From Bacteroidota bacterium (GTDB lineage Bacteria > Bacteroidota > Bacteroidia > Flavobacteriales_D > JABDKJ01), in NCBI GenBank assembly GCA_024279715.1, contig JAJRRH010000106.1, positions 17,102 through 81,101 of the forward strand: DNA of 64,000 nt. Reading direction: 5' to 3'. Below the pieces are notes generated by a model. That model did no database searches. It worked only from the letters and a program-made list of their open reading frames with translations, and was not told where the DNA came from. A program made the position numbers and the translations under genes. This document shows, piece after piece, positions 35,100 to 47,200 of this stretch (position 1 is the first letter of the stretch; each line of letters starts with the position of its first letter).

Positions 35100-35997
35100 A
35101 CTCGTTTTAAGCCACATAGAAGAGCTTGAATCAGAAGCTATTTTCATTATACGAGAACTTGCAGCGCAATTTGAGCGTCCCGTATTGCTATTTTCTGGTG
35201 GCAAGGACTCCATAGTAGTGCTACATCTTGCTAGGAAGGCGTTCTGGCCTTCTAAATTACCATTTCCATTGCTACATATTGATACAGGTCATAATTTTGC
35301 AGAAACCATTACCTTTCGTGATAATTTAATTCAAAAATTAGGTCTTGACTTAAGAGTTGGTTCTGTTCAAGAAGCTATTAATCGAGGGGATATACTTGAA
35401 GAGAAAGGTTTGTTGAAGAGTCGTAACTCGCTACAATCTAACGTTTTATTAAGTTCATTAAATACAGGGGGATTTGATGCGGCTATTGGTGGAGCTCGAA
35501 GAGATGAGGAAAAAGCACGTGCCAAAGAAAGATTTTTTTCGCATAGGGATGATTTTGGTCAATGGGATCCAAAAAATCAACGACCTGAACTATGGAATCT
35601 CTTCAATGGTAAAAAACATCCGGGAGAGCACTTTAGGATATTTCCCATTTCCAATTGGACTGAACTCGATGTATGGCACTATATACAGAAAGAAAAGTTA
35701 GAAATTCCAAACTTATATTTCAGTCATGAAAGAGAGGTTATTGATCGTGATGGGATATTACTAGCAAAATCAGAACATAACCACCAATTAGAGACTGATT
35801 CACTTACATCAAAGCAAGTTAGATTTAGAACTATAGGAGATGTTACCTGTACAGGTGCCGTTCATTCAGTCGCTAAAAACATTGAAGAAATAATACTTGA
35901 ATTACAAAGCACTAGAATAACAGAAAGAGGCGGGAGATCAGACGATAGAAGAAGTCAAGCAGCTATGGAAGATCGTAAAAAAGAAGGGTATTTTTAA
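35089..35997 (+). CDS. cysD: sulfate adenylyltransferase subunit 2
   Basis: PP-loop FSGGKDSIVVLHL. 302 aa. Followed by cysN. Confidence 0.95.
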   Translation: MMNRLVLSHIEELESEAIFIIRELAAQFERPVLLFSGGKDSIVVLHLARKAFWPSKLPFPLLHIDTGHNFAETITFRDNLIQKLGLDLRVGSVQEAINRGDILEEKGLLKSRNSLQSNVLLSSLNTGGFDAAIGGARRDEEKARAKERFFSHRDDFGQWDPKNQRPELWNLFNGKKHPGEHFRIFPISNWTELDVWHYIQKEKLEIPNLYFSHEREVIDRDGILLAKSEHNHQLETDSLTSKQVRFRTIGDVTCTGAVHSVAKNIEEIILELQSTRITERGGRSDDRRSQAAMEDRKKEGYF

Positions 35998-36009
35998 AAC
36001 GGGTAATTT

Positions 36010-37266
36010 ATGTCACTGAAAGAAAAAGATATCTTACGTTTCACTACAGCAGGCAGCGTAGATGATGGTAAATCCACACTGATAGGTAGAATATTATATG
36101 ATAGCAAAGCTATTCATGATGATCAATTAGAAACAATCACAGCCGACAGTAAGAGAACAGGAACTGGTGAATTGAATCTAGCCCTACTCACAGACGGTTT
36201 AAGAGCTGAACGGGAGCAGGGTATAACAATAGATGTAGCGTATCGTTATTTTGAAACAGAGAAGCGGAAATTCATTATAGCAGACACTCCTGGTCATATT
36301 GAGTATACTAGAAATATGGTCACAGGGGCTTCCACGGCGAATTTAGCAGTGATACTTGTAGATGCTCGAAATGGAATTATGGAACAAACATATCGACATG
36401 CATTTATAGCATCACTTCTTCGAATACCCCATATAATATTCTGTATCAACAAAATGGACCTTGTTGATTTCAAGGAAGATGTCTATGATAAGTTAGTGAA
36501 AGATCTTTCAGGGTTCAGCAACAAATTAAATGTAATAGATGTGAGATTCATCCCTATTTCTGCTTTGAAGGGTGATAATGTCGTTAATAGATCGGATAAT
36601 ATGCCTTGGTATCGAGGCGGTAGTCTACTGTACACCCTTGAAAATATACATGTATCAGGTGATTATAACCACATTGATTGTCGGTTTCCTGTACAGTATG
36701 TTATTCGTCCTCAAACTGAAGATTTTCCCGATTATCGTGGCTATGCTGGTAGAATAGCAAGTGGTATCTTTAAAGTTGGTGATGAGGTGACTTTACTGCC
36801 AAGTGGATTGAAATCAAGTATTAAGTCGATTGATGTTATGGAGTCTTCTGTGCACGAGGCTTTTGCACCAATGTCCGTCTCTATGCAACTTATGGATAAC
36901 CTTGATTTATCAAGAGGAGATATGATCGTAAGGGCAAATAATCAGCCGGTTGTATCAAAAAACATAGAGGTTATGCTTTGCTGGCTAAGTAATACACCTT
37001 TAAAAAAAGGTGTTAAATATACAATAATGCACACTACAAATGAATGTAAGTGCGTTGTGAAAGATGTTTTGTATAAAATGGATGTTAATACACTACACAG
37101 AATAGAAAATGATATTGACGTTCAAGTAAATGATATAGCGCGTGTGAACATATCGCTTTCTAAACCTATTTTCTGGGACTCTTATGCAAAAAACAGAGGG
37201 ACGGGTAGTATTATAATTATTGATCCTTCGACATTAAATACGGTAGGTGCTGGAATGATAATTTAG
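36010..37266 (+). CDS. cysN: sulfate adenylyltransferase subunit 1 (GTPase)
   Basis: G1 GSVDDGKST, G3 DTPGH, G4 NKMD. 418 aa with no fused APS-kinase domain. Confidence 0.95.
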   Translation: MSLKEKDILRFTTAGSVDDGKSTLIGRILYDSKAIHDDQLETITADSKRTGTGELNLALLTDGLRAEREQGITIDVAYRYFETEKRKFIIADTPGHIEYTRNMVTGASTANLAVILVDARNGIMEQTYRHAFIASLLRIPHIIFCINKMDLVDFKEDVYDKLVKDLSGFSNKLNVIDVRFIPISALKGDNVVNRSDNMPWYRGGSLLYTLENIHVSGDYNHIDCRFPVQYVIRPQTEDFPDYRGYAGRIASGIFKVGDEVTLLPSGLKSSIKSIDVMESSVHEAFAPMSVSMQLMDNLDLSRGDMIVRANNQPVVSKNIEVMLCWLSNTPLKKGVKYTIMHTTNECKCVVKDVLYKMDVNTLHRIENDIDVQVNDIARVNISLSKPIFWDSYAKNRGTGSIIIIDPSTLNTVGAGMII

Positions 37267-37383
37267 CGTTCGATACGTTATTGTTATTTTGAATAAACCA
37301 CGTAGTCAATCCATTCTTCTTTTATTTTCATTTTATTTCAAATAGAAAATGTCGCAATAGTATCTATTATAGAGAATAAATAT

Positions 37384-38283
37384 TTACCTGTTTTTGCGAT
37401 CAAAACGGATTCCGACTAAAACTTCATGAGTAGCACCAGCATATGGCTGTAAATCAGTCATGGTAAAATCATGGGCATATCCGAACACAATATTATCATT
37501 CCAGTTGTAACCGAGCATGATATTAATTGCGTCATTACTCCGCCATCCACCACCAAATATTAGTCGCTTTTGATACTCTAGTTTTACATTTGCATCCACT
37601 TTAACGGGTACAGGGCTTACGTATTTAACAAGTACTGAAGGTTCAATACTAATATCACTATTGATATCAATTTTGTATCCTGTATTCATGTAGACGTGAT
37701 TTTCTAAAAAACTATTAGATTCTACTATGTCTTCATATACCTTTAATTTATTATGTGCAATCTGCGGTGCTGATAGACCAAAATAAAACTTGTCAGAGTA
37801 GAGATACAATCCAAATTTACCATCGAAAACAACTTTCGAGGACAAGGAGCTTTGGATAAATAAATCATTGTTATCCTCTAATTCAATTTTGTGACCATCT
37901 ATAGCAAACTGCATAATTCCAGCGGATAAGGCCATTGAAAGTTTTAAATTCTCGTTCAATTGAAATTGATATCCATAAGAACCTTGAATTCCTATTCTCC
38001 TAGTGGGTCCAACGATATCGGTATAAAGATACATTCCTATACCTGACCTATCATTCTCTAATTGACTTTGGAAACTTAATGTGTAAGTCCTTGGAGCATC
38101 CACTATACCTTCCCATTGATATCTATTAACTGAATTAATTTGGACTTTATCCATAGTGCCAGCTACTGCCGGGTTAATAGAATAAGCGTTAAACATGTAC
38201 TGTGTTACTTGCGGTAATTGTTGACCAACCACAATATTTGTAATCATCAAGAGCAAAACGATATGTGCGATTCTTTTTATCAT
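37384..38283 (-). CDS. PorP/SprF family T9SS outer-membrane protein
   Basis: Signal peptide followed by the family N-terminal signature QQLPQVTQYMFNAYSINPAVAG. Beta-barrel-like, 299 aa. Overlaps the stop of the giant adhesin gene by 4 nt. Confidence 0.85.
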   Translation of the reverse strand: MIKRIAHIVLLLMITNIVVGQQLPQVTQYMFNAYSINPAVAGTMDKVQINSVNRYQWEGIVDAPRTYTLSFQSQLENDRSGIGMYLYTDIVGPTRRIGIQGSYGYQFQLNENLKLSMALSAGIMQFAIDGHKIELEDNNDLFIQSSLSSKVVFDGKFGLYLYSDKFYFGLSAPQIAHNKLKVYEDIVESNSFLENHVYMNTGYKIDINSDISIEPSVLVKYVSPVPVKVDANVKLEYQKRLIFGGGWRSNDAINIMLGYNWNDNIVFGYAHDFTMTDLQPYAGATHEVLVGIRFDRKNR

Positions 38284-41200
38284 CTGAAAATGGTTAATGG
38301 CCCTGTAAATGGTTTTGGGAATAATGGATCATGGAGTCTGATAACATAATAATATGTTCCTACTGGTACGTGCTTACCTTCATATTTTCCATCCCAAGGG
38401 ATATATGTTCCTTTGGATTCGTATAATTTATCTCCCCATCGATTGTAAATATTAGCTTCCATTTCTGGGAATTTATCCGAATTAGCAATATTCCAAACAT
38501 CATTGACTCCATCGTCATTTGGGCTAAATCCATCTGGAATAACCACTTGATTGACTAGCGTTATGAGAATGCTATCACGCATCATACATCCGTTACCATC
38601 CGTTACGGTAACAATAAACTCCTGCGTTCCCACATTAAAATATTCAGGATTAGCAATAGAAGAATCATTCAATAATAACCCTGGTTCCCAATGATATGCC
38701 ACGGCTGTAGGACCTGTAGGGTCACCTCCTAATTCAACAATGTCTTCAGGGAAAACATCTTGATCAACCCCAGCATCTACAAGCGGCAAGGGGTTGACTA
38801 ATAGGGTTAGTGTATCACTATGCGAACACACATTATTAGATACAGTAAGTATGAATTCATTATAAGTAAAACCTAAGGTTATATCAACTGTTGGGCCTGT
38901 TCCTATCTGTTGACTTTGGTTATCCTCCCATGAATAACTATCTGCTCCTATGGATTGTCCTCCACTTAGTGTTACTGGCAGTTGGTCACACGCTGGTTCT
39001 TGATTGTCAATAATAGCGATAACCTCTTGATCATAACCTACTTCAACTGTTTCAAGATAATTACATTGATTGGCATCCGTAACTGTTAAGCTATATGTGC
39101 CGCTCACAATACCCGTAAGATCGTCCCCTGAAAATTCATCATTTTGGTCATTTGTCCAAGTGAGTATATACCCTGGACTACCACCGGTAATAGTTGTGTA
39201 TAGACTTCCATCCTCACTTGTGTAACAAAATGCATTTACTGTACTATCCACCACAACGATAATTGCTGAAGGTTCTGTGATTTCAAAATCATAAATATTC
39301 ACACAGTTATGGCTATCGGTAATTTCTACTGAATAAAAACCAGCTTCTAGTTCGTCAGCATCTTCCTGGTCTTCAAAGAAACCAGGTACATTAGAGGTCC
39401 AATTATATTCGTAAGGTGATGTTCCTCCCATAGTTTCCTGATCTATCATTCCTGAGTTATTTCCAAAACACATTAAGTCAGTAACAATACTACTAGCATA
39501 TAATGAGTCTGGATTTAGTATTGAAAGGGTATCTCTTTTTATACAACCACTAATTTGATCTGTTAGTAAGAGATAATAGTCCCCCCCTAAAAGATTAGAA
39601 ATATCTTCGGTAACTATATTATTAACATTTCCATCGGATTGGGCATTCCAAATGAAGTCAAATTGTTCAGAACCTCCTGTGGCGGTAAGATCAATTGCTC
39701 CATCACCGACATTATAACATGAAATACTATCCACAGTATACTGTAATTCGATGATAACACTAGCGGTGATAGAAAAGGTAGTATCAATTGCACAACTTTT
39801 TGCATCTGTAAAATTCAATGTATAACTTCCTACTGTTAAATTTTCAATAGAAGAGGTTTCTCCACCTGTACTCCAATCATAATTATATTCGGTTGTTCCA
39901 CCACTTACAAAAACCTCAATAGATCCATCGGTATCTGATTCACAAACTATATCTTGAATGCTAGCTACAAGAACTAATGGTTCTGGCTCTGTAATATCAA
40001 TATCTACATTAGTAGTACAAGTGTTGGCATCCACAACTTGAATAGAATAGTTTCCTGCCCCAATATTTTCAGAAAAATGGATGTTCCCAGGGTCTATTTC
40101 TCCAACGGGTACATTCCAATTGTAATTATAATTTTGTCCTTCCGTCAATGGTGTACCACCAGTTGGCGATAATACTATTGATCCAGATCCATCATTATTA
40201 CAGTTGAGATTAATTTCAACCACATTTATTATAAGACTATCGGGTTGTGTTATCTCATACGTTTGTTCATACGGACAACCTGTTGCATCAGAAAGAAATA
40301 AGGTGTATTCTCCTGCCACCAAATTAGATATGGTTGTGTTAGAAGGTATATTATCCATTTGCGAGCTCGTCCATGACAAATTCATAATAGGCATGGTGAA
40401 GTCATCTGATAATTCAATACTTATTTCTCCTGTTGCATTTCCATAACACAAAATATCTGTAATCGTACTTGTCACAGTATAATCTTCATTTTGAATTAAA
40501 AAATCTAGCGTTGAAGTACAATCGCTACCATCAGAAACGACCACATAATAAGAACCTTGAACTAGAAATCCTATTTCATTTCCTGTTTCTGTTAATAAGA
40601 AATTATCACTTGTATACCATTCATAAGAATAACCACCTTCTCCACCAGTAGCGGTAACGGTAGCAGTACCTGTTGGTAATTCACAACTCGATGTGGTAGT
40701 AGTAATATCTATAAAAATCTCTCCATTTTCATTGACCATAAAACTGTCAGAAAGTGTACAATCATTGTCATCTGTAATAAGTACATTATAGGTGCCTGCT
40801 TGAATATTATCTATACTCTGAAAACTTGAATTATAATCGGGATTTTCATCTTGAGTCCATGAGAATGAGTATGGTGTTGTACCGCCATCCACATTGACCA
40901 AATTTACCTCTCCATCATTCAGACCGAAGCATGAAACATCTATGATTTGCTCTACTAAACTTAGAGGGTCTGGTTCTATAACTTCAAAAGAATTGGTTCC
41001 CCAACATAATGCTTGATCGGAGATAATCACTGTGTAAATTCCTACTTCAAGTGAAGATAGATCACCATTTACATCTGGCGTGACATCCCCGTTAGGGCCT
41101 GTCCAGGATATATTATATTCAGGTTCACCACCAGTAATTGTAATATCAATAGCACCATCACTAAGACCATTGCAGGATACATTAGTAATATTGGCAAAAC

Positions 41201-44200
41201 TTGTGATGAATTCTTTCTCTTCCACGGTGATGATATCCCCTAAAATACATCCATCCATTGCGGTAATTAGAACAGTATAATCACCGAGAATAAGATTTGA
41301 AATATCTTCATCCGTTGGGTTATAGTTGCCTTCAGGGCCAGACCATATAATACCTACTGGCTCGGTCATTCCACCATAAGTAATATCTATAGCACCATCA
41401 TTTAAGCCTGGACAAGATACATTTGTAACCTCATAATCCAATACTCCTCCCACATCTGATAGAACAAAATCTTGAGATACTGAACAATTCAAATCATCTG
41501 TTGCTATTAATTGATAAACACCTGCTGAAATATTATCGATTATATTGTCATTATCATTGATGGCTTCCCCACTACCATGTAACCAAGTGTAGGTATAATC
41601 TCCTGCGACCATCCCGCCTGAGATAGAGGCTGAAGCACTACCATTTGACAATAAACAAGTAGAACTTGTGGTAATAACATCAATTTCTATGATTGGGGAT
41701 TCAGAAACAATAAAAGTCTCCTCATGAATACAGCCGTTTGGCGTAGTAACTACCACTGAGTATTCTCCCGCGATTAAGTTAAATTGGTTCTGAGCGTTTT
41801 GATCTACATTGTTTCCAAGCCAATTAAAACTCATGTTTTCAATAGGTGTATTACTTCCAAAATCTAAATCTAAAATGATAGATCCATCATTAGACCCAAA
41901 ACAGGTCACATTACTAATAGATTCCACAATTTCAAAATCAACTGCAGGAGCTACGATATAATTCTCAATTATTTCACAATTATTATCATCTGTAACAGAG
42001 ACAGTATACACATTAGGAGCTAAATTGTCCTGATCCTGATTCTGAGGGTTAATAATGTTCATTCCTGACCAGTTATACTGGTAGATTCCTGTTCCACCCA
42101 ACACAGACAGATTAATCATTCCATCTTCTGCAGAAGGACATGTTTCATTAAAAATGGTTGCACTAAGTTCGAGTTCATCAGGATCGGAAAGATCGTATGA
42201 TTCTATCAATTCACATCCATTATTATCAGTCACTAATATGGTATAAGTACCGCCATCCAATCCAGTAATTGAGGAGTCTGAACTAGTGAAATTATTATCA
42301 CTTGTCCATTGGTAAGATATAGGGTTAGTCATTCCATTTGCTGTGACAACTATTGCACCGTTCATATCTCCAAAGCAAAGGAGGGATTGCACCATAGCGG
42401 TAAGATTACCAACATCATCTGACAACGTGAATTGCTGATTGGCTGAACAATTATTTTCGTCAGTAATTTCAACCATGTATAGACCAGGACTTAAACCATC
42501 GATACTAGAACCTGTTCCGATAGCAGTATTAGTATTAAACCAATTAATTGAATATTCTGGGATTCCTCCTAATATTTCATTGACCTCAGCGTGACCATTC
42601 TCTAGTCCACAAGTAGAGTTGTTTGCATCAAGATTAAATGTTAATTCTGCGGGTTCATTAATGGTAAATGTTTGCTCAATACTACACGAATTTACATCTT
42701 CAATATGAACGGTATAATCACCACCATTGAGACCATTAACATCTTGTGTGGTTTCAAAAACTCCATTTCCATCAGTCCACGTATATTCATATAAAGGTGT
42801 GCCACCCTCAATTTGAATATCTATAGATCCTGTTCCATCTTGATAACATTGATTATGCGATATAGATATAACATCCAATGTTAATAGATTTGATTCCGTT
42901 ACGACAAACGAAGTATCCTTTGAACAGCCTAATTCATCGGTGATACTGAGAGTATAGGTGTTAGCAGATAAATCTGTTGGATCTTCAATAGTAGGATCAG
43001 TAATGGATTCTCCTGACCATGAAATATTAAATGGTTGAACGCCACCAGAAATATCAATATCAATTGATCCACTACTATCTCCAGCACAATCAACACCATC
43101 AATTAGAGCAAAAACTGAAATTTCTGTGTTTTCATTATCTATTGAATATTCTTTACTAATAATACAACCGCTTTCATCTTCTAATGTAAGAGTATAATCA
43201 CCTGCAGGTATATTCATTAGATTACCATTTTCTACTGTAGCACCATTGGGAATTGGAGACCATGTGGGTGTTATTGTCCCTTGTCCACCTGATAGTGATT
43301 CGATAACTAAAGATCCTGTCGCATCACCATAACAAGCTACATTATTAACTGCAACTTCGGCTTCTATCAACAAATTCTCTGTGACAGACAATAACGTATC
43401 GAAAGAACAATTAAGATCATCCTCTATGTTTAGAATATATTCACCAACACCTAAGTTAAAAATATCTTGATCATTTGAGTTATACCCAACAGAAGACCAA
43501 TTAAAACTATAATTACCCGAACCACCAAGGTTAATGAGCTCAATACTTCCAGTTTCTTCATTATTACAATCGATGTTAGTAATAATTGCATCACCAAATA
43601 AGGGTGTATTTGATCCTATAACGAATGTTGAATCTGCTTGACAATTATTTTCATCTGAAATCATAACGGTGTATGATCCTGCCACAATATTCTGAATATC
43701 CTGCTGGTCTGACCCACCAGTCCATAGGTATGAATAAGATGGAGTACCTCCTGATACATCAATATCAATTTCGCCACTATCATCGCCAAAACATGCCACA
43801 TCTATTACATCCGCAGTAATGGTTAATTCCACAACAGATTCTATAACATAATCATTAGTAATTGTACAAGATGCCACATCAGAAACTGTTAATTGATAAG
43901 TCCCTGGCGGTAAATCAAATATTGATGAGGCTTCAAAATCATCATGTATATCACTGTTCCAAATATAAGTATAACCCCCTGTACCTCCAATTGTCTCGGT
44001 AAGTTCAATAGATCCGTTAGTGTCTGACGCACAGAATACACTATTAACATCTGCCGCCACAATTATTTCATCGTTTTCCAATACCTCAAAAGACATAACA
44101 GCCTCACAATTATTATCATCATTTACTGTCACAATGTAGTCTCCGGCAATAAGTTCTGAAACTACTGTAGAATTAGGGTTGTTAATGACACCATCACCAA

Positions 44201-47200
44201 TCCAACTAATATTAGGCGTACCCGTTGCGCCATCAATTGTAATAGTTATGGATCCAGTATTTCCACCAAAACAAGCAACATCCATAACATTACCACTAAT
44301 TGTAATATCAGAATTTGACAATGTGACTGTTTCAGTAGTAGTACAGTTATTTGAATCTTCGGCTGTAATAACATAAACACCTGTACCTAAATTACTAATA
44401 TCATTTACAATAACACCGGCTTTCATAACTACCACAGTGGTAATACCCACGCCACCAATAGTGTTAATTGTTAAACTTCCGTTGTCACTCCCACAAATTG
44501 GTTGTATAATATTAATTGTCAACTCTATAGGGTTAGGCTCATTAATTGTGAATAGATCACTTGATATACATCCATTTATATCCTGAATTGTTAGGTTATA
44601 GTCGCCTTGGGCTAAATTGCTTATATTCTGTTGCTCACTGAAAAATAAATCCGGACCTGTCCAAGAAAATGTATAAGGTTCTTCTCCACCTGTAGGATTG
44701 GTTATTATAGTACCGTTCTCCTCCCCAAAACAATTTATATCATTAAAAATAGAATTTATATCAATCATGGCACTCGGCGTCATGACAAAATCTTCTTGGT
44801 AAGTACATCCGAGAAAATCAGTAACTACTACAGAATATATCCCTCCTGAAAGGTCTGTTTGGTCTTGGTTTTCATTATCGGGAGCAGTAATTCCATCTCC
44901 TGTCCACAAATAGGTGTATGGCGCAGTACCTCCATGTGGGGTGATATCTATAGATCCAAGCACACTACCATTACACGGATAGGGCGTAAGGACGACTTCA
45001 AGATATAAAGAATCGTTTTCTAACACGGTAAATGATTGGGTTGCAATACATCCATTGAGATCCACTGTCACATCATAATCACCGGCAAAAAGATTAGAAA
45101 CATCTTCAGTATTAGCATTAAAGTTAGATCCAGTCCAAGAGTATATCGGCGTAGTTATCGCTCCATTCACGGTAATGTCAATTTCACCAGTGTTAGTGTT
45201 ATAACAAGTAATATCTGTGACATCCCCAACAATATCTAACACTTCTGGCTCATTCAATACCACTGTACCACTATTTGTACATCCGCTTTGATTGGTGACT
45301 TCAACGATATAAGTACCTTCACATAGGTTGGCGATATCTTCAGAAGTAGCACCATCAAAACATGCTGGCCCAGTCCAAATATATCCAAAGGTCGATCCAC
45401 TACCAGTAACACTAAGGTCTATGGCGCCATCTTCATAGCCACTGCATGATATTTGATTTACATCAAAATCTAAGACTATCTCTGGATCTTCGTTAATAAT
45501 AAATGTCTTGGTAGAAACACAATCGCCACTAGTGACCACTACCGTATAAACACCTGCACTTAGTCCGCTAACATCTTGCGTGTTATTTGGGCTTGGTGCT
45601 TCTGGTGTTCCAATCCAAGTATAACTAAATGTTCCATCTCCACCCACAACGTCAATATCAATAACACCGTTACTAGCACCAAAACATAAAGCTGGTACAA
45701 ATGTATTGGAGATTATTATTATTTCTTCCGGGGCATTAATAGTATAAGTTTGTTCAAAAATACAATCTTGATTATCTAAAACAGAAAGCGTGTAATCCCC
45801 TGCGTCAAGATTGATAATAGATGTGCTATTACCAATAATATCACCATCCTCATTTGTCCAAGTTAATTCATATTCCGCAACACCTCCAGTAATATCGACA
45901 ATAATAGAACCATCGCCTTGCATACAGGATGCATCGATTACATTCTCAGTGACCACTATTTCCCCATTTTCCAATATTTCCATAGATTCAGAAGCTACAC
46001 AATTATTATCATCCGTATAGACTACGGTATATGTATTCGGTGTCAAATTACCAATACCATTACCAATAACATCAAATGGCATAGGGCTCCATACTGGTGT
46101 TGTTGGCGGTTGTGCTCCCCCAGATATCACAAGATCAATGCTTCCATCATTGGCACCAAAACAGCTTATATCAGTTTTGGTTAAATCCAACATTATAGCA
46201 TCGGGTTCATCCACTACAAATGTTGCAGAATTGCTACAGTTATTGATATCAAAAACTGTGATTTCATAAACTCCTCCACAAAGATTCGTTAAATTTTGAA
46301 TATCTAATGGGCCATTGTAACACGAGGGACTTTCCCAAGAAATAGTATTGTAGGGTGGATTTCCACTTGTAATATCAGTAACTATCGAACCGTCATTATC
46401 TCCATTACAATTAATACTAGTTATTACTGCGGTAATAAGAATTGAATCTGGTTCTTCGATAATATAATCCGCATCCAAAGTACAACCCAAAGAATCGGTT
46501 ACTATCAAATTGAAATCTCCAGCAGGTAGATTAATTTGAGTTTCGGAATTAGTAATAGTGTTTGGGCCACTCCAGTTGTAGGAATAAGGGGATATTCCTC
46601 CGCTAATATTGGGACTTATTCCACCATTATTATCTCCAAAACAAGTAATGCCAGCTATGGACGAACTAGATAATATTTCGGGAGATTCTTCAATTACGTA
46701 ATCTTTCGTAGTAGTACATGGACTAGCATCGGTAACCACAACTGTATAAGTACCAGCTCCTAGGTTACTAATGTTTTGACTTGTTGAAAACTGACCACCC
46801 CCGTTGAGACTCCATGAGTAGGTATATCCAATACCCGGAATCGGATTTCCACCAGACACATCAATATCTATAAAACCAGTGGTTTCATTAAAGCACGTGT
46901 TTTGGATGGTTGAATCTACTACTATTTCAATGGCAGCGGTAGGATCAAAAAATGTTGTATCCGTTATACAACCATCTCCATCCATGATGGTAAGATTGAA
47001 TGGATTACCTAGGTTATTATTTAATGGTTCATTCACAAATGGACCATTGTTATAACTGAAAGTAAAATCTCCTGCACTTCCAACTACGAAAGGATTGGCA
47101 CCTCCGTCAAGAATACCAAAACAAGAGGGAGGATTAAAATTCCATTCGACCACAACAATGGCAGAAGGTTCTCCCACTTCCACCTCGGTGAAATCCAAAT

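Noticed and set aside
39614-46184. Short antisense and alternative-frame ORFs within the giant adhesin gene
   Set aside because: All are embedded in a continuous 9.3-kb ORF with strong repeat and CTD evidence. They have no motifs or independent signals.
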